A stretch of DNA of 64,000 nt. Source: Octopus vulgaris. Lineage: Eukaryota. The stretch's first letter is position 1, and each line of letters starts with the position of its first letter. Of the stretch, positions 47,884-61,600 are shown piece after piece. Below the pieces are notes generated by a model. It made no database searches. It saw nothing but the letters and a program-made list of their open reading frames with translations, and had not been told where the DNA came from. The translations under genes were made by a program, and so were the position numbers. The stretch lies in the NCBI GenBank assembly GCA_951406725.2, contig OX597832.1, positions 36,828,001 through 36,892,000 on the forward strand, in the 5' to 3' direction.

Positions 47884-50229
47884 AATGTGATATTGTATAT
47901 AGCATATCCTCAGTTAAGATGTGGAATTCGTAGATAATACACGTAACATATAGCAACAATTAAGAAGTATTCATGGATAATCTTGCACACCATGTGAACT
48001 TGTATAATAATATCCAAAGTTGTTCTTTGTGACACACTGTTGCTGTAGATCGGTGTTGTATGAAGGGAGTGGCACTGTTTATATTAGTACAAGACTTGTT
48101 AGTGACATGTTCTGCACAAGGTCTCAACAAGGAAATAACTTTCATTCTAGCCATTCCTAAAGTAACTCTGTTCTATTGAGATTCAACTAAGTAGGAAATA
48201 CTTATGGATTCTCTACTGAGTCTATATTGAGCTGTATGATTGTGTGTGGGGAACAGGGGTTATGGTATTTAGATTGCTATTGTTTGTAGCATCCAGTACT
48301 ACATTAACTTGGAAGGTATTGGCCCTGGATGTAGAGAGGAGTTGAGTCCACCTACACTGGTTCTTGTAGCATGTCCATCCACCGCTTGTTCTTTGATGGG
48401 TTCACAGTGAATTCAACTTGTTTAAATGCTGATGTCTGTTTCTGAATATGTCATATGAAGTTAGTGAAATAATTCAGTTTTAGCTGTGTTTTCTAGCCTC
48501 AACATCTCTCATGCTTTCTGATTAAAAGTAGAACATAACTAATTCTACTCCTTTCAATATCGACCTAGTTTTTCTGTCTCAAGTTCCACAACACCCTGTT
48601 TTAACCTTATTCTTCTTTCTCAAAATATTATTTTTCAAGCAACGTTTAAGGTTTGCTATGATTTCACTTCATGTGTTAGTTTTCTGACCATTAACAACAC
48701 CTTTACAATCTTTGTTGACAGAAACTTACAATCATTATTTTATCTAGACACTAATATATGTATTCAGGACAATTTCCTGTAAGCTTTCATATTTCTTATC
48801 CACTCTATATTCTGGGAATGGTGCAGAGTTTGTGTTAATTTTCAAGAGGTTTTTGAGGACCAACTGGATGTGTGAGAGAGAAATCTCACTTTGAATATGA
48901 CAGCAGTCTATTTTGCGTTTCCTTTCTAAAGGGTCTGTTACCTATTTTTCATAGCTTCGTAAACAAAGACATAGAATGAAGTGTAGCAGAATGAAATACC
49001 TGCACTGAAATTGAAGTGAAAATCTGTGAATAAGAATTGAACTCATGTTCCTATGATCCTAGGCTGAATTCCATTGTCTGTTTCACTAAAGTTTATTCCT
49101 TCTACCAAAGTAACAACCAAACATTCCACTATGTTTTTATATGATAACATTTAGGTGGTTGTTGTGTAATAAGTTATCGCTGCAACATTTTAAACATCAT
49201 ATTTTATCTAACTTACAGAAAGAGCATTCTTCTTGTTTCTGTCTTTCTTGCACAATTCCAGTCAATCTTCTTTGCCAGTGTCTGTAGTTCTACCCTTTCT
49301 CGATAAGCTGATAGAAAAGTTTTCTGGCATTATCTGCTATCTCTTTATGGACAAACCTGTCTTTTGTTTGCATCACAATAACTTAAGCTCCTACTTTCAC
49401 TCATTAAACATCTGTTCTACTTTCACATTTCTTTGTTTTCCCTTTCTTTGCTCATTTACTACCCTCCTCACCCCCCCCAACTCTATGGCAGTAATGTACA
49501 TACAAATGAATATATGATAAGGCCTTCACTACCACATAACAGCACATGTCCTTACCTCTGCACATTAAGGGCTCACTCCCACCCTATATTGCCAAACATT
49601 TTAACCACCACACTGCAAGTCCTCACCACCTGACTCTGCCCACATCATATCTCCTCTTCCAAGCTACAACGTATGTCTAATTGCAGCACAATTTATCACC
49701 ACTGCTACGTTATGCCACCATGCAACATGCTCTCGCTACAAAACCTTACAACATTCATGATGTGTGTAAGTTATTTATTCTCTAAAAATCATGTCAACCA
49801 CTGCACATTTATTAAACATTAAAAGGTAGTAATCTCTCATAAGTTTAGTGAAAGATGAGGATGTCAGTATAATATTGAAACATGTCTGGAGTCATCTCAT
49901 TTACTGGTTGTATGCAAGAAACGTTATTAGCCATTGATCAATAATATCTTTTCTCCTCAGTACATACTTACACTACTAGTTACTTATTTTAATGCATTAT
50001 ATTTTAAATAAGTTAATATTAACTTGCTGATGATAGAACACCTGATTTGTATGTTTATCAAACTATTGTTTTTGCTAATTAGTCCCTCCTGAATTAGCTA
50101 TTTCATTTTGTCAACTTGGCATCAGGTGTTGTATATTTATCTCATTATTTAGCCTATTATGTCTTTATTAGGTTCTCTTGCAATAAATATTAACCTCATC
50201 CAACTGATGGAAAGAGCAGTTATTATTAA

Positions 50230-50825
50230 TAAGGCGGCAAGCTGGCAGAATCGTCAGCACCCCGGGAAAAATGCTTAGTGGCATTTTGTCTGTCCTTACG
50301 TTCTGAGTTCAAATTCTGTCAAGGTTGACTTTGCCTTTCATCCTTTCTGGGTTGATAAATTAAGTACCAGTGTAATACTGGGAGCTATGTACTCAACTAG
50401 TCCGCTCCCCCAAAATTTCAGGCCTTGTGCCTTTTGTAGAAAGGATTATTATTATTATTACTGAAGGCAGCAAGCTAGCAGAATCATTAGCATGCCAGGC
50501 AAAATGTTTAGTGGTATTTCACTCATCTTTACATTCGGAGTTCAAATTCCACCAAGGTCAGCTTTGCCTTTCATCCTTTTGGGGTTGATAAATTAAGTAC
50601 CAGTGAAACAGTGGGGTCAGTGTAATTAACTTGTTACTTCTCTCCTCAAATTTCAGCCCTTCTCCCTTTAGTAGAAAAGATTATTATTATTCTGCCGAGG
50701 TCCACTTTGCCTTTCATCCTTTCAGGATCAATAAAGTACCAGTGAAATACTGGGGTTGATGTAATCGACTTCTCCCCTGACCTAAAATTGCCTATAGTTG
50801 AAAAATTAGTAGTAGTAGTAGTAGC
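50230..50825 (+). mobile_element. Three head-to-tail S1 SINEs
   Basis: Copies start at about 50231, 50464 and 50691, each right after the (ATT)n tail of the previous one. Confidence 0.9.
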
Positions 50826-51126
50826 AGTATTTGGTGGTGCTTTGTTTCTTTAATAAAAACCAACTTTATATGAAGGACCTGGTTCCTAACAAAGAAATAA
50901 GTCTCCATTGCTAGATGTGTGTGTGTGTGTGTATACATACATTGTATGCATGCATTTGTATGTGTGATATTGAATCAGGAATAATGTGTTGATAATGAAC
51001 GATATAGAGAAATGTTTTTTTTCTTTTGTTTTTCATTTTGTTAGTTTCTTGCAAGTAAGTCGAAGTTTTAAAGGAGATATTTCTTATTGAATCAAAACTG
51101 AAATCGATCTGTGCATGCTCACATGT

Positions 51127-51164
<38 letters not shown>

Positions 51165-51903
51165 ATCGTATATGTAAAATATCACACACATTGAAATAGA
51201 TTCTTGCATATATATTTTGACTGGAATAATCTAATCTCTCGCACTCTCATTCTGGCAGACATACATATGCAGTATCACACACACACACACACATTCACAC
51301 TTGTTCTTGCAAAGATACATATGCAACATCTCTTTCTCTCTCTAATGCACACATTTGGTTTTTCTTATAGTGACACACACACACACACGTCCAACATTAC
51401 TCTCACACACACACGCAAGCTCCCCCTCCTCCCTTCTCACTTACCAATATAGCATCTATCGATCCTCTATTGGTTATTTTGTTGAGATATGATGGATGAC
51501 TTCACGCTGCCCTGCCTCTCACCACTCCCATCTCCTCCACCACCACCACCACTGTCTATCACTATTGTACACTGATCTCCGCATCCATCTGCCAGCCTCC
51601 TTCTCCCTGGGTCTGTTGTCATGGTGTTGCCCGTCTGTGAGTTCTTCACATTAACAACAACCACAATACTGATTTACATAATGGCTTAAAAGCAAGGTTC
51701 CAACCTCCCTCCCTCCCCTCACACCACTCTTTTATTGCTTTTTACCCTTTGTCTTATTATCATTATTATTATTATTATTATTATTATTCCTACTAAGTTT
51801 ATTGTTATTATTATTATGATGTTTATGGTTATGGTTATTGTGGACTTTATTGTTATTATAGTTTTTTATTACTATTTATTGTGCCTAAAATTAGAAGCAA
51901 TTA

Positions 51904-51932
<29 letters not shown>

Positions 51933-51934
<2 letters not shown>

Positions 51935-52450
51935 GGCTAGTGGATTGGCAGAATTGTTAGATCATTGGACAGACTACCTTGCAATATATGGTTTTGCCCT
52001 TTATATTTTGGATTCAAATCCTGCAGAACTCAACTCTGCTTTACTTCCCTCCACCACTCAAATACTCAGGTTGCCATAATTGACTTCTTCTTCTTCTTCT
52101 TTCCTTATGCCTATGTTTGAAATTATTATTATTATTATTACTATTAATATCAAGTTTGCAAACTGGAAGAAATACTTAGCAGTGTTTCTTCTTCTAAGTT
52201 CAAATTCTGCTGAAGTCAACTTTGCTTTTCATCCTTTCTAGGTCGATAAAATAAATACCAGTTGAGTACAGGGGGGGGGGGAGCAATGTTATCAGTTTAC
52301 CCCTCCCAATGAAATTGGTGGTCTTTTGCCAAAATTTGAAACCATTGTTACTATTATAGTACCAGTTGAACACTGGGGGCGATGTAATAGACTCCTCCCC
52401 TCCCCCAAAATTGTTGCCCTTTTGACAAAGTTTGAAATCATTATTATTAT
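51933..52450 (+). mobile_element. Head-to-tail S1 SINEs
   Basis: TTGGCAGAATTGTTAG, GTCAACTTTGCTTTTCATCCTTTCTAGGTCGATAAA and GTACCAGTTGAACACTGGGG blocks separated by ATT tails. Confidence 0.85.
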
Positions 52451-52499
52451 GATGACAATGGGAGAATTGCTAGTGCTGTTAGCCGGGGTGGGGTAATAC

Positions 52500-54100
52500 T
52501 GTTGGGGAAGTATGCCAACAATGGAGATTTTCTAGGGAATTTTCAGTCCATAACTCTGCTAAACACAGATTTAGGCCAAGGTGTTCATGAAAAGGTGGCG
52601 CTTATCATCAGTAGTATGGTCAGGGAAGCACAAACGTGTGCAATTCTCAACAGGTCTATCCATGACGACCACCACCATCTTAGAGAGGGCTGGGACTAAA
52701 GCTGGCTTGGTGGGGTCTTGGTCAATGTGGATCAGTCCAAAGCATTCAATAGGGTTGATCATGGAAGCTATCCTCAAACTGGGTCGCTGCAATGCACAGC
52801 AACACCAAATTGGCAGTCAAAATAAACTGCTACCTAATAGACATATTTCATGGTCTATCAGGGCTGCCCACCGTCACCTCTTCTGTGTGTGCTGGCTCTT
52901 GAGCCACTGCTGCCTGCAGAAGTCGGAACTGTTAAGGAGCATCCCTTTCAAACTGGGAGGACAAAGGAGGGCAGTGTCAGCATGGGTGGATGACATCACT
53001 ATCATGGTGTAGGATGCATTCTAAAGAAACATGTGTTAGTTGTAGGGGTCAAAATCAACCCCAAGAAGTCAATGGGCTGGCCACTGGGTACCTGGAGAGG
53101 CAGGTCAATGCTGTCAGAGAGTGTCTGGTTTGGTCCCAATCTCCAAGTGGATAAGAACTGGGATGAGGTGATGAACAGAGTGGCCTGTCTTACCCAGAAA
53201 TGGGCAGAGAGATGGCTGTCTCTGAAAGGTTGGACAAAGGTGGAAAATACCTCCATTGTCTCCATCATCATTTATTGCCTCATCATCATGCTTTGCCCCA
53301 GTTACTGCTTGATCAGATTAGAGCCATCTCTTCTCTTCTGGTGGAAGGCACACATTCCAATGGTGAGGCAGTCAGTCTGCTGCCTGGAACAATTTCTGGA
53401 CAGTGAACATGTGTGAGCTCTATTTGTGAGGCCCATCTTTCTGCAGATCCTCTCTTTTATAGAAGTGCTGTCCTTAGTGAAGGACAGACTGAGACTGGGC
53501 GCTGGCACTTAGAATGTTGTCAGGCAGTGAGATTGGTGAATGTTCCACTCTAGCAATATATAGAGGATTAGTCATGAGGAAGTGTGCCAATGTCCTCAGG
53601 GAGATCTGGCTAGTTTGTTCAAGAGCACTTTCTGGTCGGGGACGACCATAGATAATTTCCAGATGTTCATGGCCTTCTGGTTTGAGATAAACTCTACAGG
53701 TATGGATGTGCTGTCAGACGGGCTTGTTCTACTAGGTGTGTGCAGGCTGATGAAACCATTCTGCCCTTTTGGAGTTATGTTGAACACCTACTGTCGTGTG
53801 TGGGGCAGATCCATCTATCAGCTGAGTCCATAGTGATGGTTGCTCTGCTAGCCTCCTTTAATTGGACAGGTAAATCAGATTTCCTTTGCCTGGTGGCAGT
53901 GACAAAAGAGCTCATCTGGTGTGGAAGGCATGAGAGCAAAGACATTCCTCTTTGGTTGAATGAGTGTTCAAGTTTTACTTTCAAAGGAAAGTGAGAGTAG
54001 ATAGAGAAGTGCTGTCCTTGAATGAATTCATTGAACGGTGGGTGAAAGTTGTGAAAATGGCAAGAGCAGATGGTACCGCTCTAAGTGTAGACCTGTGAAT
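52500..54100 (+). pseudogene. Decayed L1/Tx1-clade LINE ORF2 (RT and C-terminal zinc-knuckle region)
   Basis: NFQSITLLNTD, QTCAILNRSIHDD, DQSKAFNRVDH, GCPPSPLLCVLALEPLL, VSAWVDDITIMV, GVKINPKKSMG, NWDEVMNRV...KWAERWLSLKG, C.RC.QADETI; multiple frameshifts. Confidence 0.9.
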
Positions 54101-54375
54101 CAGAAAAAGAACTAGAAAGGGTGCTTGTCTTTGGTGTTCAGAGAGGTCTTGGGCAGTGGGGTTCCTCTATTATCTCAGAAGTCCTCCTATATCAGGAAGA
54201 TCCCATCAGCACCATCCTTTTTTTTTTCTTTTACTGTTGTATTCTATGTATATGTCCCTTTAGTTTATTCTATACCATGTATACTTTTTTTTTTAAAATC
54301 ATTTTATTATATGTAAACCCCCACGTTTTATGTCTGTCTTTCTAAGTGTCTCCCTCATCCTTCACCATTATGATT

Positions 54376-55660
54376 AAGGCATCGAGCTGGCAGAATCATT
54401 CCTGCACCAGGCAAAATGCTTTGTGGCATTTCATCCTACTTTATTTTGAGTTCAAATTCTGTTGGGATCAGCTTTGTTTCTCATCCTTTTGTGTATGTGG
54501 TGAGGCTCAATAAAATAAGTACCAGTTGAGCACTGAGGTCAATGTAATCAACCTAGCCCCTTGCTCTTGAAAAATGCTACCCTAGTGGCAAAATTTGAAA
54601 CCATTAGCATGCCAGGCGAAATGCTTAATGGTATTTCATCTGCTGCTACATTCTGAGTTCAAATTCCACCAAGATTGACTTTGCCTTTCATCCTTTCAGG
54701 ATCATTAAAATTAGCACCAGTTACACACTGGGGTCAATGTAATCAACTTAATCCCTTGCCCCAAATTTGAGGTCTGGTGCTTCCAGTAGAAAGGATTATT
54801 ATTATTATTTCAATTTTTAGCACAAGGCCAGCAGTTTTTGTGGGAAGGGTTTAGTATATTACATCAACCCCAGTGCTCAAATAATATTTGCTTTATTGAC
54901 CTGGAAAGGCGGCATTAAGTACCCATTGATCGCCAGGGTTGATGGACTAACCACCTTCCCATAAAATTGCTGGCCTTGTGCCAAAATGTAAAACCATTAT
55001 TATCATTATGAAGGCCACAAGATGGTAGAACTATTCACACACTGGACGTAGCAGCATTTCTTTCAGCTGTACATTCTTTGTTTAAACTCTGCCAAGGTCA
55101 GCTTTGCCTTTTATCCTTTCTGAATTGATAAAATAAGTACAACCAGTTGAGGACTAGGATTGATGTAATCCACTAACCCTGCTCCCGTATAAAATTTCAG
55201 GTCTTGTGCTTATAGCAGAAAGGATTGTTATTGTGGTGGTGAATGAGAATCGGTGGAGCATCACATAAAACACCTAGTGATATCTGGTGGCTTTTTTAAA
55301 GCAGTGGAGCTGACAGAATCACCATCATGCCAGGCAAAATACTTAGTGGCATTTTATTTGTCTTTATGTTCTGAGTTCAAATTCCATCAAGATCAACTTT
55401 ATCTTTCATCCTTTTGGGGTCAATAAAATAAATACCAGTTGAGCACTGTGACCAATTTTACTGACCCCACCCCATCCCCTGAAATTTCTGGCCTTTTACA
55501 AAGATTTGCTATTAGTATTTAGTTGTTTTCTTTAACTTGTTGAGTTCAAATCTTTCTGGGGCCAGCTATGCATTTCATGCTTTTGTGGTTAATAAAATAA
55601 GTCCTGGGATCAATTTCATTGCCTATTTCTTCCTCGCAAAATTTGAATTCTTGTACCCCT
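54376..55660 (+). mobile_element. Array of about seven S1 SINE copies or fragments (one reversed at about 54810-54905)
   Basis: Repeated GAGTTCAAATT...CTTT.(C)CTTTCATCCTTT...ACCAGTTGAGCACTG blocks. Confidence 0.9.
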
Positions 55661-56349
55661 TTCGGAAATGTTTATCATGTTTACAGACTCATGTTCTGAT
55701 TCTCACAGGATTTGTAGCAGACTCTTTCAGAATGCATGATTTTTTTCTGCAAATCCATTATCATCCAAATTTCAGTTCCGGTCTCTCTCTTTAACATTTC
55801 TTTGTTTTATAGAAATTTTCTTCCATATGAACAATTGCTTTGTTTCGATGTAGAAAATTATTAGCATTGGTGTTTATACACAGGGCTAACTTGGGTGGGG
55901 TGGGGTGCATCTTGAACATTAGAACTTCCTTTGTCAATGGTATGTTTTATCTTCTTGTCTCAGGTAGCCAAATTCCTTACAATATATTGCTAAAGCTAAT
56001 TCTTAGCTGACATTACAACAAGCAAGGCCAGTGGCTCTGACAGTGTCTCTTGCAATACTTTCAAACATTGTACCATAGAGTTAGGTCCTGGTCCTGACAA
56101 CCCTCAAATATTGTATCATAAAGCTTGTCCCTCTGAACTTTTTAATTCCTCCCTTTCTACAGGAAACTTCTGCTGACTCTCCTGAAGGACAGATCTTAAA
56201 ATAGTCCTCCAGTGAAAATCTGCTAATTTTGTGTCTTTCAACAAGAAAGCACTACTCAAATAAGGAAATATCGTTGCATCACACAACACCTTAATCATGA
56301 AAATCATTCATCTAAAGCCCTCACAGTTGCTACTTGTTGGATCTCAGAC

Positions 56350-56570
56350 CGTGGCCGTTTGCCAGCCTCGTCTGGCACCTGTGCTGGGGGCACGTAAAAA
56401 GCACCCACTACATTCACGGAGTGGTTGGCGTTAGGAAGGACATCCAGCCGTAGAAACATTGCCAGATCAGACTGGGCCTGGTGCAGCCTTCTGGCTTCCC
56501 AGACCCCAGTTGAACCGTCCGACCCATGCTAGCATGGAAAGCGGATGCTAAATAATGATGATGATGATGA
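56350..56570 (+). mobile_element. Young RTE LINE 3' UTR/tail
   Basis: GGCACGTAAAAAGCACCCACTACA...GGCGTTAGGAAGG.CATCCAGCCGTAGAAAC...CCATGCTAGCATGGAAAGCGG...(GAT)n. Confidence 0.92.
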
Positions 56571-56576
56571 ATCTCC

Positions 56577-56809
56577 TTGACCCTTTAACTTTAAAATGAG
56601 ATTTAATGGTTATTCCAGAACTGATGTTAAATCTCTACCAAAAAAATAGAAATGATATTCTCTGCAAGTCAACTTGACATATTTCAACAAAATATAGTTT
56701 TGGATCCGATATTCTTAGATAAAAGACAGATTGGTAAATAACATTGCTTTCTGGTAGATGTAATCAAATTTCGATTGAATATCTCAGATTTTCATCGTAA
56801 AAGGGTTAA
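56577..56809 (+). mobile_element. MITE family B
   Basis: TTGACCCTTTAAC...GTAAAAGGGTTAA termini; internal match to 47645. Confidence 0.8.
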
Positions 56810-57340
56810 TCTAGCTCAGACAACATACTATCAGTTGGCCCTTCTCTTCAGGGCCAGAAGGCACATCACATACACCCCAACAATTATTGACAACCCTCCT
56901 CCCCCAGGTGAGGCCAACAATAGAATATTGCTCCTACATCTGAGACCCGTACTACACCTGCACATACTGATGTCCTAAACTTCATCCAAAAAAGGACCAA
57001 CTGACATAAAATCGTCCTTAGCAACATCTTTAGCCTCTGCTTTATAGACTTGCCCTCTCACCCCTCTGCTTCTTCTATTGTTACCGTAATGGCCTCCACT
57101 CCTTGGCTCTACCTAGCCTTATTCTATTCTCACTCAAGCATTCCTGACTCACTTGTTTCTCCTCCTCCTCCTATCACCCTTGTATCCACCCCCACTCCCA
57201 GGCCTCACATTTATCAACTACACCAAGTCCTGCCTTCCCAGAACAATTAGCTCTGTGGAACTTCCTTTCTGCTCAGGTGTCTTTCCAGCAGGTGTTTTCT
57301 TAGAAATGCTCCAGAACATTAATGCTATTTATCTCACTGT
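56810..57340 (+). pseudogene. CR1/Jockey-like LINE C-terminal fragment
   Basis: LALLFRARR...QVRPTIEYCSYI*...L.FIQKR...WN..VFP across frameshifts. Confidence 0.7.
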
Positions 57341-57599
57341 TCTAAGGGGACTTGCAAAGATCATGGACGTTACCTCTTCCTCCAAACCCAGCAAAAAACC
57401 CCCAAAAAAACATGAGCAGAGTAATTAGCATTTATGAAAAATTAGCCTCAGAAGGCTTAGGAGACAAGTCACTAGACAAAAAATGACAAAAAAGTTCACT
57501 AGACAAAAAATGAAATTGTCTGAGTAGGATTTAATCCCTTGTAGTTATGGTGACAATTCTTCGTATGTTTCAGTCTTATTTAGATCTCTTCAGTGAGAC

Positions 57600-58197
57600 A
57601 TAGACAGCATAATGCTCTCCAATCAGAAAGCAACTCAAAGAATAAATGGTTTCGTACAGAAGTCTAGCATCTCATAAAACAAAATTCTTTTCTTTTAATT
57701 TTGGGGTAGTTTAGTTTACCCATGTTTTTAATATTGTGCAATTTTGTGTACACACACACACATCGTTCCATGTATCTAAATGTCGATGTATAAGCGTTGC
57801 CTGTGACTAAGTTTCTACCTGTCTCAAAGCTTATCCAAGCGCTGTGAACAAGACGAGTTTCACAGTCCATTTTTATATACTTGGCTTATCGCCAGTATTG
57901 AATTCTTTCGTCAGTAAATATTTTGTTATCCTATAACGTGAGTTCACAACTTCTTACACGTGCATATTATAACTGTTGGTTAGTTTCTAGGCGTGTATGT
58001 GTAGATGTCTCTCTACTTGTACGAAAGTCTATGTGCATTTGCAAGGAAGTGTGTGTATGCGTGTATGGAAGGGTGTGTGTGTGTGTGATTAGACCTCAGC
58101 GTAAGAATACTCGACATTGTGTCACATAATACGTAGATATTGCCACAATTGGGAAGGCTTTACTTGTGCTACACACGCATATGTGTGTGTGTGTATG

Positions 58198-58263
<66 letters not shown>

Positions 58264-58447
58264 TATACACACGCACGCACACGCATTACAGAGTAAATTC
58301 CATTTCTTGATGGGTATGTGTTTTATATGCTTTAACTGCCTGTATAGCAACTACCTGTGGCTGGTACTGAGAACACACACACTCACACACACAGGTAAAA
58401 CGACCTGTAGTGATAACGAAAGGAGTATATTACACACACATTTATAT

Positions 58448-58485
<38 letters not shown>

Positions 58486-59544
58486 GTATCTCTAGCAGCA
58501 GCGCTGTTGTAGAGGACACTGGCAGTTAGTGCTGCTGCTGCTGCTGTTGCTGAGGTGGTGGTGGCGGAGCTGTTTAGCCCCCGGTTAACCGATTCAGCCG
58601 ATCTCTGAGCAAAGGCATTCCAGTTGTGACTATTTTCTGTTTCTTAAGGGTAACTAAGATTATTTTACCTAATGTGTCGTTTCGTTCTATTTAACGCGGT
58701 ATTGTGATTTGAGGGAGATTCGGCTGTTGTTTTTAGCAGTCGAGCGAACGCATAGAGGCTTCTTCCCTCTTTGTTTCAAGCTGATGATGGTGGTGGTGGT
58801 GGTGGCAAGAATGTTTAACCTGATGCAAGTGCTGGGGGAGTGGGGGGGTTGTGGTAATTTGCACCGGGAAGACAGCAGCAGCAGCAGCAGCGGAGTCGGC
58901 GGGTCGACGATAGAATCGCGGGAATAAGGAGGAGGAGGAGGAGGAGGAGGAAAGAAAGAGGAGGAGACGGAGGATGAGGTGGCTACCAGTGGTGAATAAA
59001 CTGCAGACGTTGTGGTCGCCTACCAGCGACTGACTTACAACACATCATTATCAACAGTAGCAACAACAAAAACAACTACAACAGGTTACCAAGATGAAAC
59101 AAACCTCGGACTGCTGACAACACCCTCTCCACCCCTGGGGGGAGGTCTCTCTTTTATATACACATCTCTCTCTCTCTCTCTTTCTCCTTCTCTCTCTCTC
59201 TTTTCATTTGGACAATTAACCTTAATTTTTATTAATCTATATACATATATATACACACAATTCATATTACACAGACGCATATACATATTAGCTGCACACA
59301 TATATATGTGTGTGCATGCGTATATATAATTTATATACACACAGTCAGTAATATATATATGTGTGTGTGTATTGTAGTCGAGTTGGGGAAGGCGCCCAAC
59401 ATGATTCGTCAGCGTTGACTTCTACACTGCAACAGATAGATACATAGATAGGAGGCCTCTCTATCTACCTCTAACACCCTGATAGGCATAGAAATCGCAT
59501 TCTCTGCTTCTCTTTATATATATATTTTGCTCTATCTATTTTTA

Positions 59545-59581
<37 letters not shown>

Positions 59582-60113
59582 GCCTAACTATCTGTATATC
59601 TATCTGTGTCTGTCTCTCCGGGTGAGACTGGTTGTTTTAAAAATCTCTTTTGGAAATGTTTTACCTGCTGCTGTTTGCTGCCACAATTACTTCTTCTACC
59701 ATCGCTACCACCAACCGTACCTACCTCTAACCAAACAACAAATACTACAAAAGCAGTCTCTGTCACATAATATATATATATAAGACATCTTTCTCTCTCT
59801 CTCTGTCTGTCTGTCTGTGTATGTCTCTCTCTCTCTCTGTTGTGTGTCCCAAACCTCGGCATTCCAATTCTACAATCTGTCGCTAAACAATTTCAACAGT
59901 CGGCTTTAAGAAGAGACTTATTCCAGTCTCGGCAGGCTTATGACACTACCGATGAAGGCCGTCACGAGGTAGGTGAACATCTCTCTCTCTCTCTCTCTCT
60001 CCCTCTATCTATCTCTTTCTATATCTATCTCTGTCTCTCTCTCTCTCTACCTATCTATTTCATTTCTTTTCATCTCGATCGCATTGCTGCAGAACTACAC
60101 TTACCTTTGCTCC

Positions 60114-60154
<41 letters not shown>

Positions 60155-60240
60155 AATCCCGCCTCTATTTTCATTACCTTAACCGTCTCTCTCTCTCTCT
60201 CCTCCACAAACTATTCCTGCACCGACTCATTGCAAACTAT

Positions 60241-60273
<33 letters not shown>

Positions 60274-60618
60274 CTACATTTATATTTTTATCTCTCCATC
60301 TCACACACATTTTGCAACTGAAGCTTCTTCCCTTACAACTGTGGTACTTTGTACTTCGTAAATTTCACAGACTCTCAATTATATTACTACCACTGTTACT
60401 ACTCGCATAGTACTCTATAGTAGTTCCATGGCTAATCCAAACACGCCCACGTTCCATTCTCTCAACCATTTGCATTGTTTTTCTTCTCTTTGCCTTCTTT
60501 CAATTCTCGATGTCAGTTTAGTAGAAAATGGAATTTTCGTTTTCCTATAATTTTGTATAAGTTAAACAACCTACGATGCGTGTGTGACATTGTCAACACT
60601 GCTCTCTCTCTCTCTCTT

Positions 60619-60653
<35 letters not shown>

Positions 60654-61600
60654 CACAAACATTTCTCTCTCCAATTAACCAGTCTTTGGAATTGGTTATT
60701 CTTTTATTTGTTTCTGTCATTTGACTGCGAGAAGAAAATAAATAAATAACTGTCTTCTACGAGTGTTTGTTTACCCATGTTGGGTGAACTTGGTGTCTAA
60801 TAATAGCATTTAATCTAACCATTCTAAATTCCTTGCCAGCCCAGTCATAACCATCGTCTCCAGGAAGGATTCCTGTCTTTTATGCAGTGGTGGTGGGGTG
60901 GGTGAAGTGTTAATCACATCTTCCTAACATGTTGCATGATCAATCCATTTCCTTAAAAATAATACTTTTGGACCGTATTTTTCTGTTTCGCTCTTATAGA
61001 ATTCTAGGTTGTTATTTTTGTTTTTGTTGTATTTTCATTTTCTCTCTCGGGTAGCTCTTGTCTGGATTGTAAGAACACAAGAACTCTTCACTCTGAGCAT
61101 TTTACTTGGGGTACTGCTGAACAAAATGGCGAAGATTTCCAAATCCAGTAATATATAGTTTGGGATTTATTTTCATGTTTTATTCTGATTCGTCATCATT
61201 GGATCTCGCCTTTTTATATTTCACTAATTCCATTTCATCTAATTGCAATTCGATATATGTATTTCAAAGCCTGCGTATTGTTATTATTAGTATAACCATC
61301 ATCATCATCATCATCATCACCATCCGCTACCACCCTGCCTCTCCATCCACTGCACACTGCAATAAAATTTAGTGTAATATTGGTTTCGGTGCGAATGATA
61401 TCCATCCTGTAGTTCATGTTTATCTGTAACACACAACGACGATAGACTTTTAATTAATATAAAATATACTGAAATTTATTTTTAGTTTCCGTGGCAAATG
61501 TTTTTTTTAGTTTTTCCTCTTTAAGTGGCACCAACTTGTTATAAGAACATCTGATGGCTTCTTTCGGTTCCAATCTAACGATTAATAGAAAAAGAAAACA
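57600..61600. promoter_or_regulatory. Second CpG-retaining domain with many (CT)n/(GA)n tracts; candidate promoter / first-exon region
   Basis: CG dinucleotides frequent in unique sequence relative to the flanks; plus-strand donors CGG|GTGAGA (59622) and GAG|GTAGGT (59969); YY1-like AAAATGGCG at 61123. Confidence 0.4.

Larger units (their letters stand above)
46895..47955. repeat. Degenerate ~27-bp minisatellite interrupted by two insertions
   Basis: Units near CATAACCTCATAGATACTGTATATAA at 46895-47140, resuming at 47606-47640 and 47889-47955. Confidence 0.7.

Noticed and set aside
57848-57918. Minus-strand CTGACGA...GAAACTCGTC hammerhead-like core
   Set aside because: Stems I and II do not pair at the core and the stem III loop is not palindromic; could be chance or too decayed to support.
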